Assembly (NCBI GenBank): GCA_965206595.1
Contig: OZ242214.1
Location: 1,760,001-1,824,000 of the forward strand
DNA from: Candidatus Latescibacterota bacterium
GTDB lineage: Bacteria; Latescibacterota; UBA2968; UBA8231
Reading direction: 5' to 3'
DNA length: 64,000 nucleotides
Position numbers and translations under genes: made by a program. Shown here piece after piece: positions 8,866-18,963 of this stretch. The notes beneath the pieces are model-generated. The model searched no databases, was not told where the DNA came from, and saw only the letters and a program-made list of their open reading frames with translations. Within the stretch, counting starts at the first letter, position 1. Each line of letters begins with the position of its first letter.

Positions 8866-9386
8866 TGGCAACCGCAACATTCGTTTTCCTGATGCTGTCT
8901 CTCACAGAGGCGGTGTGGAGTCAACCGCCTTCTGAAGACGGGCGTTCACGAGACCGCATTCAGTTCCTGAAAATGTGGAGGCTCGTCGACCAGCTAGAAA
9001 TCGACGTCGATCAGGCCGCGGTGCTGTTTCCCCTCCTGAGCCAGCACCACCGCAAAATGGACGAGATGCGGACTCAGAGAAAACAGGCTGCCCGCGACCT
9101 CAGGCATCTCCTGGGAGGGGAATCTCCCAAGGACTCTGCGTTGCTCGCTGCCATGGAAAAGGTAGCCGACCTCGACAGCCGCTTGCGGGTGACCGATGAT
9201 GAGTTCAAAAAGAGACTGGAGAGCCACTTGACGGTTCCGCAACGGGCAAAGCTCGTGCTGTTCTCGGACCATTTCCGGCGCGATCTTCGCGAAATCGTGG
9301 AAGGCATGCGGACATATGAGGGCGGCCGCGGCTCGAGGTGGCGCGAAGGTCCCCCTCCGACTCAGGAAGAGCGCAACCGGGACTGA
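8862..9386 (+). CDS. Periplasmic Spy/CpxP-like helical protein
   Basis: Signal peptide, helical composition, C-terminal LTVPQRAK (LTxxQ motif); typical third gene of ECF operons. Confidence 0.7.
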   Translation: MMATATFVFLMLSLTEAVWSQPPSEDGRSRDRIQFLKMWRLVDQLEIDVDQAAVLFPLLSQHHRKMDEMRTQRKQAARDLRHLLGGESPKDSALLAAMEKVADLDSRLRVTDDEFKKRLESHLTVPQRAKLVLFSDHFRRDLREIVEGMRTYEGGRGSRWREGPPPTQEERNRD

Positions 9387-9399
9387 CGGATCCAGGCGC

Positions 9400-10086
9400 T
9401 TGAAGCGCTATTCACCGCGGCATGTAGAGCGCACCCTGAGCAAGTACGACACCAGGGAGACGGCCGTAGCCGTGGGCAGGAACCTTGAGCTGTCCATCGT
9501 CGAGACTGCGGATGCCTACGCTCTTCTGGACCGGCTCATAGAACGGGATCCGCAATGTCATCAGCGCTTTCCGTACTGGGCCGAGGTGTGGCCGGCGGCC
9601 CTTGGTCTGTCGCGATGGTTTTACGACAGGCGATTGCCAGCGGCAGATGCCGTCGAGCTGGGCTGCGGCCTGGGGCTGGTCGGCATAGCGCTGGCGCGCC
9701 TGGGTTGGCGCGTCGAAGCGACCGATTACGTCGAAGACGCACTGGTATTCACCTCCCACAACGCCGCCAGGAACCGGGCAGGGCCCGGCCACCAGGTCGC
9801 CTATCTCGATTGGCAGCACCCGGTTGGAAGACCCCACGAGTGCATGGTCGCGTCCGATATCGCCTACGAACGCCGTGACCACCGCTACCTGAACCGCCTT
9901 CTGAAATCCCTCCTCAAACCGGGGGGAAGGCTCTATCTGAGCGACCCGCGCAGACCTGTTGTCGCCACTTTCATCTCGGGTCTTCGCAACCGGGGGTACA
10001 CCCACCACCAAGAGACAATTGAAACAAACTGGCGGGGGCAGGAACAGGAGGTCGACATCCACGTCCTGACCCGGCCTACGAACTGA
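9400..10086 (+). CDS. Class I SAM-dependent methyltransferase (Methyltransf_16, lysine-methyltransferase-like)
   Basis: PYWAEVWPAA, VELGCGLG, ATDY, LDW, ASDIAYE motifs; start uncertain (9316 or 9400). Confidence 0.85.
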   Translation: MKRYSPRHVERTLSKYDTRETAVAVGRNLELSIVETADAYALLDRLIERDPQCHQRFPYWAEVWPAALGLSRWFYDRRLPAADAVELGCGLGLVGIALARLGWRVEATDYVEDALVFTSHNAARNRAGPGHQVAYLDWQHPVGRPHECMVASDIAYERRDHRYLNRLLKSLLKPGGRLYLSDPRRPVVATFISGLRNRGYTHHQETIETNWRGQEQEVDIHVLTRPTN

Positions 10087-10113
10087 TCTGCGGACGGGTT
10101 CCGGGATTCCGCC

Positions 10114-11061
10114 CTATCCCAGCAGCGTTTGCAGGTGAACGTCCACGGAAGACGCCGTGGCCCCGAGATCGTATCCCCCTTCGAGCAGGGAGACGAGGCG
10201 ACCGTCGCAATGGTCGCGCGCCATGGCGGCCACCGTTTCCGTCAATATCTCGAACCCTTTCTCAGTCAGCTGGACCCCTCCCAGCGGATCGGCGCGGTGG
10301 GCATCGAATCCAGCGGACAAAAGCAGGAACTCCGGCTCGAATGAGTCGATTGCAGGCCGCAGCACCTCAGCAAAAAGATGGGCGTATTCGGTGTCTCCGG
10401 TCCCCGCAGGGACGGGAACATTCAGCGTCGCCCCGGTACCGGCACCGACCCCTCGTTCCCCCGCGGCTCCCGTTCCGGGGTAGTGGGGATACTGGTGAAT
10501 GCTGAAGAACAGGATATCGGGATCCGATTCGAAGCTGTGCTGGGTCCCGTTGCCGTGATGGACGTCCCAATCGACAATGGCTATGCGACGGACTCCGTGG
10601 CGGATGCGCAGGTGCCTGGCCGCAACGGCGACATGGTTGAAGTAGCAGAATCCCATCGCCTGTTCCCGCTCGGCGTGGTGACCGGGAGGGCGGTGGGCGC
10701 AGAATGCATTGTCTACAGTACCCGAAACCACGGCATCGACAGCCGCGATCGCTCCGCCAGATGCAAGGCGGGCGGCGCCAAACGTCGCCCCTGAGATGCC
10801 GGTATCGGGCGTCAGGTCGGTGGTTCTTCCCGTCGCGGAGAGGCGCTCAATGAAGTCGACGAAGTCGACGTGGCGGGGGCTGTGGACCTGTATCAAACTC
10901 GTCCGGTCGGCCTCGGAAGGCTTGAGTCCAATCAGACGCTCCCAGGTGCCTGACTCATGCAACCGGCGCGAGATCGCCAACAACCGGTCGGCGCACTCCG
11001 GATGTCCGGGACCGTTGTAGTGATCGAGGAACCGATCGTGTGTCAGGAAGCCGGTGGCCAT
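10114..11061 (-). CDS. Histone deacetylase family protein (acetylpolyamine amidohydrolase-like)
   Basis: HPE, RPPGHHA, GFCYFN, DWDVHHGNGTQ, SAGFDAH..DPLG, LEGGY motifs; contains a 9-bp duplication at 10852-10869 (VDFVDF). Confidence 0.95.
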   Translation of the reverse strand: MATGFLTHDRFLDHYNGPGHPECADRLLAISRRLHESGTWERLIGLKPSEADRTSLIQVHSPRHVDFVDFIERLSATGRTTDLTPDTGISGATFGAARLASGGAIAAVDAVVSGTVDNAFCAHRPPGHHAEREQAMGFCYFNHVAVAARHLRIRHGVRRIAIVDWDVHHGNGTQHSFESDPDILFFSIHQYPHYPGTGAAGERGVGAGTGATLNVPVPAGTGDTEYAHLFAEVLRPAIDSFEPEFLLLSAGFDAHRADPLGGVQLTEKGFEILTETVAAMARDHCDGRLVSLLEGGYDLGATASSVDVHLQTLLG

Positions 11062-11543
11062 TGGGACCGTTCGCCATGGTAGCGAACCGCAAGGATCGCC
11101 CTTCGACCGAGATGACGGATGTCTTCGGCGATCTCGTCACCCCGCAGCTGCTCGTGGTCATACCACCTGAAACGGGCAGCCTCGCGCTCGTTGAGGAATA
11201 CCTCCCCGGAATCGCTGACCTCTGCGAAGAAAATGAGATCGATATGCTGGTGTTCCGGTGCGATATCCTCGAGGAGAATGCAGGATGGCTGCGTCAGCAC
11301 AGTGACGTTTCCGAGGATCCTCCGACTTCCGAGAAGTTCGACCTCGAGCCCGGTCTCCTCGCGGACTTCGCGAACTGCCGCCTCCTCGGGTAGCTCGTTT
11401 TTCGCTATGTGACCTCCAGGGGGAAGCCATGCTTGCATCTTGTTGTGCCACAACAATAGAACCTTATGGTTCCGGACGACGAACGTAGTCGCGGTGAAGT
11501 CTCGGGAGGGGATGGTCATGGAAGCGGCCTGATGTTCCCACAT
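11043..11543 (-). CDS. NUDIX hydrolase
   Basis: Nudix box PGGH...ELPEEAAVREVREETGL. Confidence 0.92.
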   Translation of the reverse strand: MWEHQAASMTIPSRDFTATTFVVRNHKVLLLWHNKMQAWLPPGGHIAKNELPEEAAVREVREETGLEVELLGSRRILGNVTVLTQPSCILLEDIAPEHQHIDLIFFAEVSDSGEVFLNEREAARFRWYDHEQLRGDEIAEDIRHLGRRAILAVRYHGERSQWPPAS

Positions 11544-11603
11544 AATACTCCCTCCCCCGGGTCGGGCGGCGGGAGTCGGTTACAGCTGCCCTCGGAGCGA
11601 CCT

Positions 11604-11633
11604 TTGACATCCCCCTGAGGCGCAGAATATTCT
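11604..11633 (+). promoter_or_regulatory. Candidate sigma70 promoter upstream of the GT9-like gene
   Basis: TTGACA, 18-bp spacer, TATTCT. Confidence 0.45.
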
Positions 11634-11782
11634 AACCCCCACGAGGTTTCCTTCTACATACAATCGACGATCGGCTGCACCAGCCCGGGGTTTTCAGCCG
11701 CTACCACCCTTCCCCCACCGCCCGCGGATACCACGATCCGGGCGGATGCAGGAAGCAAGGAGGGTGAAAGCCGATCCCCTGA

Positions 11783-12898
11783 ATGGCGCCCAGTAACGAA
11801 AAATCCCTCAGGATGAATCGCACCTGGAAAACAGGATCCGTTTGGGAGCGGGCGGTTCTCAAATGGAGATCGTTGTTTCCCTCCGAGAAAGAGACACTCG
11901 ACGTTTTCTCGGAACTAAAAAGGGCGGAGCGAATTCTGGTTCTGCCCAGTGACCGCCCGGGCGGCATTTTTCTCGGGGTCCCAGTATACATGGGGCTTCG
12001 CTGGTGCTATCCGGACGCCGAAATAGCCCTCGTCTGTGGAGAACACATGGCAGGGCTCGCCAAGCAGATCCCCTGTATCGACGAGGTCATCACCGCCGAG
12101 CTGGACTCCGGCCAGATCTGGAACTCATCCCTGCGCGGATTCACAAAGTCGCTGCGGAGTCGCCAGTTGGATCTCGCTTTCTGCCTGGGACCGGACTGCA
12201 GCTTCCGACTTTGCCAGGTTTGCGCCGAGAGCGGAGCCCGGCTTCGGGTCGGATTCAGTCGCCCGGATCCGGGAAATTGGTTCAACATCGAGATCGTGTG
12301 CAAAGACAGGCATGCTTTCGAGGGGAGGCAGTACGAAGTGATGTTGAGCCTGCTAGGTCTGGAGAGTGGCGGAAAGGGCGGCTGGTCGATCCCTCAGGAT
12401 CGTTACCGTGAGGTGTGGTGCCGCCACCTCTCAGGAGAATTCGGGGCCGGCGACGTCGTCGCCATCGACCTGTCGCGGCGGGAAGGGAAGGGGATGAGCA
12501 GGCGGCAGATCGACGACATGGTCCGGGACCTGATCGAAGGGGGTTCAAGGGCGGTCCTGTTCTTTTCCCTCGCGGAGAGAAAACTGGTCGACTATCTTAA
12601 ATCGACATACGACAAACAAATTCTCGCCTTCGATTTCCAGGATGTGACCGCGGCGGCCGCCCTGCTGGGAGGTTGTCGCGCACTGATATCCTGCAACACC
12701 GATATTCTGCATTTGTCGATTTACCTTCAGGTCCCGGCGGTTGCCATCTTCGACGAAGATTCCCGGCGTTGGATCAGTCCCGGAAACGATCGGGTCGTGG
12801 TCGTTCAGGCCAAAAACGTGCGGGGGGTGAGCATCAGCGAGATCCGGGAAGCACTGGGCAAGGCCAGAAGGTTGCAGCCGCCCCCGTCCACCCTATAG
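11783..12898 (+). CDS. Glycosyltransferase family 9-like protein (heptosyltransferase fold, divergent)
   Basis: Overall GT9 pattern (YPDAEI, P.IDEVI, DLAF, R.GF, AALL..C..LIS..T..LHL....VP.VAIF) with degenerate motifs. Confidence 0.7.
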   Translation: MAPSNEKSLRMNRTWKTGSVWERAVLKWRSLFPSEKETLDVFSELKRAERILVLPSDRPGGIFLGVPVYMGLRWCYPDAEIALVCGEHMAGLAKQIPCIDEVITAELDSGQIWNSSLRGFTKSLRSRQLDLAFCLGPDCSFRLCQVCAESGARLRVGFSRPDPGNWFNIEIVCKDRHAFEGRQYEVMLSLLGLESGGKGGWSIPQDRYREVWCRHLSGEFGAGDVVAIDLSRREGKGMSRRQIDDMVRDLIEGGSRAVLFFSLAERKLVDYLKSTYDKQILAFDFQDVTAAAALLGGCRALISCNTDILHLSIYLQVPAVAIFDEDSRRWISPGNDRVVVVQAKNVRGVSISEIREALGKARRLQPPPSTL

Positions 12899-13000
12899 TC
12901 TCCGAAACCGCCGCAAAAGGCGAGGATGTAGCCGGAGGCGAGCGGTCATTTCCCAAGCAACAACCCTGCATTCAAACAGGCGATAGACAAGAGAGGTTCG

Positions 13001-14269
13001 ATGGCTACGGAAGTCGTCATGCCCAAACTGGGACTCACCATGGAGACCGGGACGATTGGATCCTGGCTGGTATCCGAAGGGGAAACAGTGACGCGTGGGG
13101 CACCGCTGCTCGAGGTCGTCACCGACAAGGTTACAATGGAAGTGGAAGCCCAGGCCTCCGGGGTTCTCCGCAGAATCCTGGTACCGGCAGGGGAAGAGGT
13201 GGCGATCGCTACTCCGGTCGGTATCATTGCCGATGCGGAGGAAGAGATCGGCGATTTCGAGTCTCTGCTCGCGGCAAAGGCAGGAAAGGGAGAGGCGGGG
13301 AGGAGTAGTACCCCGGAGCATGCGCCCGTGTCAGGGCAGCCACTCGCAGTTACAAGAGGTTCGCCGACTCCCGGTCCCGTCTCGCCTTCGGGCCATGGGC
13401 GGCCCCATCGGGCATCCCCAAAGGCGCGCAAGATGGCGGCCTCCCTCGGCCTCGATCTGACGTCCATTCAGGGTTCGGGACCAGGCGGGCGCATTGTCAG
13501 CTCCGACCTGAAAGCCCACGGCGGCTCAGCGGCGCCAGAGGCGGTCCAAGTTCCCGAAACACCGGCCGCGGCTTCCGCGCTGGCTGCAGTCCACGCACCG
13601 GGGACGGTCGAGTTGACTCGTGCCCAGCAGGTTGCTGCCGAACGGCTTACGGCCAGCTATCAGCAGATTCCCCACATCCACATCGGGATGGAGATATCCG
13701 GGGTCTGGCTCCAGCAGTTCCGCCAGGGGTATGCCATCGAGGGGAAAAAGATCTCCTACAACGACCTGATCGTGCAGGCGGTTGGCCGGGTTTTGGGAGA
13801 ACAACCCCGTTTCAACAGCGTGCTGGACGGAACCACCTTGACGCAGCTCGGGGAGGTCAATATCGGAATCGCCGCAGACACCCCGCAGGGGCTGATGGTC
13901 CCGGTAGTCCGCAACGTCCCCAACCTTTCGCTGGAGCAGATTGCCGCTGAGTCCAGGCGCCTCGTTGATGCCGCCCGCAACGGCCGCTTGCAGCCGGACG
14001 ACATGGCAGGCGGCACGTTTACCATTTCGAATCTCGGCATGCTCGGAGTTTCTCGTTTCACTGCCATAATCAATCCCCCTCAGGTCGCAATACTCGCCGT
14101 AGGCACCCTCGAAGACAAGGTGGTGGCCATCGAGAATCACGGGATGGCGGTTCGCCCCCAGATGTCGGTGACCCTGGCAGCCGATCACCGCGCCCTCGAC
14201 GGTGCGGCCTGTGCCCGGTTTCTCGGCCGCCTGAAGGAGACTCTCGAGACGCCCGGTCTTCTGGCCTGA
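13001..14269 (+). CDS. Dihydrolipoamide acyltransferase (E2) of a 2-oxoacid/acetoin dehydrogenase complex
   Basis: Lipoyl domain TDKV, E3-binding ASPKARKMA...GSGPGGRI, catalytic DHRALDG. Confidence 0.95.
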   Translation: MATEVVMPKLGLTMETGTIGSWLVSEGETVTRGAPLLEVVTDKVTMEVEAQASGVLRRILVPAGEEVAIATPVGIIADAEEEIGDFESLLAAKAGKGEAGRSSTPEHAPVSGQPLAVTRGSPTPGPVSPSGHGRPHRASPKARKMAASLGLDLTSIQGSGPGGRIVSSDLKAHGGSAAPEAVQVPETPAAASALAAVHAPGTVELTRAQQVAAERLTASYQQIPHIHIGMEISGVWLQQFRQGYAIEGKKISYNDLIVQAVGRVLGEQPRFNSVLDGTTLTQLGEVNIGIAADTPQGLMVPVVRNVPNLSLEQIAAESRRLVDAARNGRLQPDDMAGGTFTISNLGMLGVSRFTAIINPPQVAILAVGTLEDKVVAIENHGMAVRPQMSVTLAADHRALDGAACARFLGRLKETLETPGLLA

Positions 14270-14291
14270 GCAGAGATCTATTCCGGAGCCT

Positions 14292-14351
14292 CTGCCCCAT
14301 ATCGCGATCACAGCCGCTTTGCTTGACCGCGATATGGGGCAGGGTTATTTT
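14292..14351 (+). terminator. 15-bp perfect inverted repeat followed by a T-rich tract; overlaps a candidate ftsH promoter
   Basis: ctgccccatatcgcg (14292-14306) / cgcgatatggggcag (14328-14342); TTGACC-17-TATTTT at 14323-14351. Confidence 0.55.
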
Positions 14352-14402
14352 CAACGGCGCACGTAACTTTATGTTTCTTCAACTTCTTAGGACGATTCTC
14401 CA

Positions 14403-16370
14403 GTGAGACTGGATCGCCGAACGCAGCTGTCGATCGCGTACGCGATACTGACCGTTCTGCTCCTTCTCGTCATTCAGAGTTATCTCCAAGTCCAGGTTCA
14501 TACGCTTCCATACAGCGACTTCCGCGCCATGGTCGCTGAAGGAGCAGTCCGGGAAGTCTCCATCGGATCCGATTCGATCACTGGCAAGTATTTCTCAGAC
14601 GGTGCTGAGAAGAGTTTCGTGGTGACCCGGGTGGATGACCCGGAATTGGTCAGCCTCCTCGCCGAGCACGATATCGATTTTTCCGGTAAGATCGAGAGCA
14701 CTTGGTTCACGACGCTGCTGTCCTGGGTTCTTCCGGCCCTGATTTTCGTCGGTATCTGGATGCTGATGGCCCGCCGCATGGGGGGTGGATCCGGGGGCTT
14801 GATGTCGATCGGCAAGAGCAAGGCCAAAGTGTACATGGAGAAGGGGACGGGAATAACCTTCGACGACGTTGCCGGTATCGACGAGGCCAAGGAAGAGCTG
14901 GAAGAAGTAGTCGAGTTTCTCAAGACCCCGGAGCGGTTTCAGGCCCTCGGAGGCCGCATACCGCGGGGGGTGCTGCTGGTCGGTCCCCCAGGCACGGGAA
15001 AAACCCTGCTGGCAAAGGCCGTGGCCGGGCAGGCCGAAGTCCCCTTCTTCTCGATCAGCGGTTCGGACTTCGTCGAGATGTTCGTGGGAGTCGGGGCGGC
15101 GCGTGTTCGCGATCTTTTCGAGCAGGCGAAGAAGCACGCTCCGGCGATCGTCTTCATCGATGAGCTCGATGCGCTAGGCAAAGCCAGAGGGGTCGGCTCA
15201 TTCGGTGGCCACGACGAGCGCGAACAGACCCTGAATCAGCTTCTGACCGAACTCGACGGGTTCGGCACCAACGTTGGAATTATCCTGATGGCCGCGACCA
15301 ACAGGCCGGAAATTCTTGACCCGGCGTTGCTGCGACCGGGGCGCTTCGACCGTACCGTTACCGTCGACCGGCCTGATGTAAAGGGACGAACCGCCATCCT
15401 CGAGATTCACGCCCGCGATACCAAACTCGCCGACGAGGTCGAGCTGAAAAAGGTGGCGATCCAGACTCCTGGGTTCGCCGGTGCCGATCTCGCAAACGTC
15501 GTTAACGAAGCGGCGCTGCTCGCCGCGCGGCGTGACAAGCAAACCATCACCATGGATGAGCTCAGCGAGGCTGTGGAGCGAGCCGTCGCAGGCCTCGAGC
15601 GCAAGAGCCGTGTCCTGAACGAGAAGGAACGCCGCATCGTCGCCTATCACGAGGCGGGTCACGCGATCGTCGGAGAAGTGCTCGATGATGCGAATCCCGT
15701 TCAGAAAATTTCGATAATCCCCAGGGGAGTCGGTGCTCTCGGCTACACTATGAACATGCCGACGGAGGACCGTTACCTGATGACGAGGGAAGAGCTGCTC
15801 GACAACACCTGTGCCCTGCTGGGGGGACGCGCCGCCGAAGAGATCGTTTTCGGGGAAATTTCGACCGGCGCTGCCAGCGATCTGCAGAAAGCGACGCAGA
15901 TTGCCGAGAGCATGGTAAAGGAATACGGCATGAGCGAAAGGCTCGGCCTTGTCGCCTATCGCGAAAGCCGTCAACAGCAGTTCCTGGGAATCCCCAACGG
16001 GGAAAAACTCTACAGCGAGGACACCGCCAGGCGCATCGACGGCGAGGTAGCGCGCATCATCGACGAGTCGTACTCCAGGGCGAAGGAGGTTCTCGTCGAA
16101 CGGCGCGAGGTGTTGGAAAAGGTCGTAGGGGTGCTGTTCGAAAAAGAGATAATGGAGGGGGAAGAGTTGCGGCATCTGCTCAGCGGGGATGAATCCGAAC
16201 CGCTGTCCGAGAGCGCAGACGGGAACCAGAGCGGCTCGGAAACCGGCCCCGACTCTTCCGCTTCCGGTAATGGAAAAACCGCCGACTCCGACGTCAGCGT
16301 TGATTCCGTTCCAACCGACTCCCTCGCACCCACCCGCCCCACTGCCGACGACGGGAGCCGCGAAGAGTAA
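14403..16370 (+). CDS. ftsH: ATP-dependent zinc metalloprotease FtsH
   Basis: Two TMs, Walker [32 protein letters not shown]. Confidence 0.97.
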   Translation: MRLDRRTQLSIAYAILTVLLLLVIQSYLQVQVHTLPYSDFRAMVAEGAVREVSIGSDSITGKYFSDGAEKSFVVTRVDDPELVSLLAEHDIDFSGKIESTWFTTLLSWVLPALIFVGIWMLMARRMGGGSGGLMSIGKSKAKVYMEKGTGITFDDVAGIDEAKEELEEVVEFLKTPERFQALGGRIPRGVLLVGPPGTGKTLLAKAVAGQAEVPFFSISGSDFVEMFVGVGAARVRDLFEQAKKHAPAIVFIDELDALGKARGVGSFGGHDEREQTLNQLLTELDGFGTNVGIILMAATNRPEILDPALLRPGRFDRTVTVDRPDVKGRTAILEIHARDTKLADEVELKKVAIQTPGFAGADLANVVNEAALLAARRDKQTITMDELSEAVERAVAGLERKSRVLNEKERRIVAYHEAGHAIVGEVLDDANPVQKISIIPRGVGALGYTMNMPTEDRYLMTREELLDNTCALLGGRAAEEIVFGEISTGAASDLQKATQIAESMVKEYGMSERLGLVAYRESRQQQFLGIPNGEKLYSEDTARRIDGEVARIIDESYSRAKEVLVERREVLEKVVGVLFEKEIMEGEELRHLLSGDESEPLSESADGNQSGSETGPDSSASGNGKTADSDVSVDSVPTDSLAPTRPTADDGSREE

Positions 16371-16820
16371 ACGACCCAGAAGGGAAGATGTCATCCCGAC
16401 ACCTCCCGTTTCCCGGGCTGGAGCCCAGGGCCTTGGGCCGGACCGCCGGATCGGGCAGCAGCCCTTCTGCTTCTGCACACAAGTATTTCCCCGGAGATTG
16501 ATCTTCAGGATTCCCCGGCGAAGCCCCGGCTTGGTGGAACTGGGCTCAACCCCGCACCTCTTCTGCCTTTTCTGCAGTTCGTGCGGAACGGATCAGGATC
16601 CCGCACCAGTATCCGTTCAGGAGCCACCCGCCATTCTTTTCAAGAATCTCGAGTTCGGGGCATCGCAAGCAGGAGGAGCGCCTTCATGGTGCAGTCCGCT
16701 CTCGCCTTCGCATCGTCCTTGTCAACAGGGCTGAGTTTCGCCTCTACGAACAATCCTGTACAGCTGTTCGCAGCTGTGGCGTGCAAGTGCAGCCCCTGCT
16801 CGCGCTGACGGGCTTCAATC

Positions 16821-18077
16821 TTGAACCGAAGCCTCGAAAGCTCCGGGGCCGGCGGCAATGGCTTCCTGGCGCCCCTGCGAAACCGCGATTTTCTGCGCCT
16901 GCTCATTAGCAACGGCCTCTGGTGGCAGGCCATGGGGGTCGAGCAGGTCGTCATCGGCTGGCTGGCGCTGGAGCTGACCGATTCGGCCTGGTGGGTGGCG
17001 TTGATCGGGTTTTTCCGCTCGGCCCCGATGCCCCTTGCCGGGGTTTTCGGGCCGGTTATCGTGGAGCGATTTCAGCGCCGACAGGTTATCGTTTTCGCCC
17101 AGAGTGTCACTTTTCTCTCGGTCGGCACGGTCACCCTTCTTCACCTGCAGGAGTCACTGTCGTACTGGCATCTGGCGGCCGCGGCGACGGTTACCGGCAC
17201 TGTCTGGTCCATGGACTGGCCCACGCGCCGTTCGCTCTTCCCGGACCTGCTGGGAAAAAGCAAGGTTGTCGACGCCATGTTCCTCGACAACCTGCTTCAG
17301 GGCGTTACCCGAGTGTTCGGCCCGCTTTCCGCAGGCGCCATCGTTGCCGTCATCGGCACCCGGGGGGCCCTGATCGCCCTGACTGCCACCGCAGGCGTTT
17401 CGGTGCTGGTACTGGCCGGCATCCGCACCCGGTCGCGCTCACCGCAACGACCTGGAGGTCTGGCCGATTCCGCCCGACGCTGCCGAGATGGCCTGCGCTA
17501 CGTCTTCGGCAACCGAGCCATTCTTGGGGTTCTTCTGATAACGGTGGCAATGAACCTGTGGGCGTTTCCTTACCTGGATCTGCTGCCGGTATTCGCCCGC
17601 GACATCCTCGGAACGGATGTCCTCGGGCTCGGGTTGCTCGGGGCCGCCAGCGGCCTTGGAAACCTGGCCGGTCTGCTACTGATCGCCTTGCTGAGAAGGA
17701 CCAGGAGCCAAGCGTGGATCTTCGTAGCCGCCTCCATGGTCTCCTGTCTGGGGTTGATCGGTTTCTCGCAATCGAACTCGTTGCCGGTGTCGTTGTCGAT
17801 TCTGGCAGCCGTAGGCGTCGGACATGCGGGATTCAGCGTCATGCAAAGCACGATTATTCTCGTCGAGTCCTCCGACCTGATGCGGGCGAGGGCGATGGGG
17901 ACCCTCGTGATCGCCATCGGATTCGGACCCTTGGGACGCATTCTGGCGGGGGGAATGGCCGAGACCTGGAGCCCTCCGGCCGCGGTCGGCTGTATGGCCG
18001 CGTCTGCCCTGTCGGTCATTGCCGGCATCGCCTTCGGGCTGCGGGGGTTCGTTCATCGAAACGATCCTGCCCGCTGA
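16821..18077 (+). CDS. MFS transporter (MFS_3/H+ antiporter-like)
   Basis: About 12 hydrophobic segments; LRNRDF start, G.I.ERF.RR motif A variant, MRARAMG. Confidence 0.88.
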   Translation: MNRSLESSGAGGNGFLAPLRNRDFLRLLISNGLWWQAMGVEQVVIGWLALELTDSAWWVALIGFFRSAPMPLAGVFGPVIVERFQRRQVIVFAQSVTFLSVGTVTLLHLQESLSYWHLAAAATVTGTVWSMDWPTRRSLFPDLLGKSKVVDAMFLDNLLQGVTRVFGPLSAGAIVAVIGTRGALIALTATAGVSVLVLAGIRTRSRSPQRPGGLADSARRCRDGLRYVFGNRAILGVLLITVAMNLWAFPYLDLLPVFARDILGTDVLGLGLLGAASGLGNLAGLLLIALLRRTRSQAWIFVAASMVSCLGLIGFSQSNSLPVSLSILAAVGVGHAGFSVMQSTIILVESSDLMRARAMGTLVIAIGFGPLGRILAGGMAETWSPPAAVGCMAASALSVIAGIAFGLRGFVHRNDPAR

Positions 18078-18152
18078 TAGAGAAGTATTTGACCGGTGCC
18101 GGGGGCGATCCCTATGGTAGAGCCTTTCTACCCGCCTATGGAGATGTGAACC

Positions 18153-18914
18153 GTGTCATCGATGGTTGGGGCGCAGCTATTCACTCTGAGGGATTACCTC
18201 CAAACCACGGAGGACATTCGCGCCACCCTCAGGAGGGTCAGCGAGCTGGGGTATACCGCAGCGCAGCTTTCGGGCCACGGAGCCGGAACCCCCCAGGAGA
18301 TTGCCGATTTTGCCGCCGAGGCGGGGGTCGCCATCGTCGCCACTCACGTCAGCTACGACCGCGTACGAGATGACGTCGAGGCGGTGATCGCCGAGCACCG
18401 GCTGTGGAACTGCCGGCACGTCGGCATCGGAGGCATGCCTGCCCAATACCGCAACGCCGATGGGTTCGAGCGTTTTGCAGCCGAGGCCTCGCAGGCGGCA
18501 CGCCCCCTGATCGATGCCGGACTGACGTTCAGCTACCACAACCACAGCTTCGAGCTCGAGCGCTTCGGGGACCGCACCGGGCTTGAGATACTCGCGGCGG
18601 AGAGCGACCCGGATGTGTTCTGCTTCGAAGTGGACACCTACTGGATCCAGCACGGTGGAGGGAATCCGGTTTCCTGGCTTCGGCGGCTGCGCGGGCGCAT
18701 GCACCTGGTACACCTCAAGGACATGGCGATGAGCGGCAGCCGGCAGTTGTTCGCCGAGGTCGGGGAAGGCAACCTGGAATGGGGGCCGATCCTGGCCGCC
18801 TGCAGGGAAGCCGGCATCGAGTATTTTCTCGTCGAGCAGGACCAATGCCTGGGCGACCCTTTCGAGAGCCTCGGCACCAGCCTGAAGAACCTGGGGGCCA
18901 TGGGACTTTCCTGA
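18153..18914 (+). CDS. Sugar phosphate isomerase/epimerase (AP endonuclease 2 TIM barrel)
   Basis: YHNHSFE, EVDTYW, HLKD, GEG.L.W, VEQD motifs. Confidence 0.88.
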   Translation: MSSMVGAQLFTLRDYLQTTEDIRATLRRVSELGYTAAQLSGHGAGTPQEIADFAAEAGVAIVATHVSYDRVRDDVEAVIAEHRLWNCRHVGIGGMPAQYRNADGFERFAAEASQAARPLIDAGLTFSYHNHSFELERFGDRTGLEILAAESDPDVFCFEVDTYWIQHGGGNPVSWLRRLRGRMHLVHLKDMAMSGSRQLFAEVGEGNLEWGPILAACREAGIEYFLVEQDQCLGDPFESLGTSLKNLGAMGLS

Positions 18915-18963
18915 ACCCTTTGAAGGATCCGCCGCCCTCGCAACCAACCGGAAGGAACGGAAA

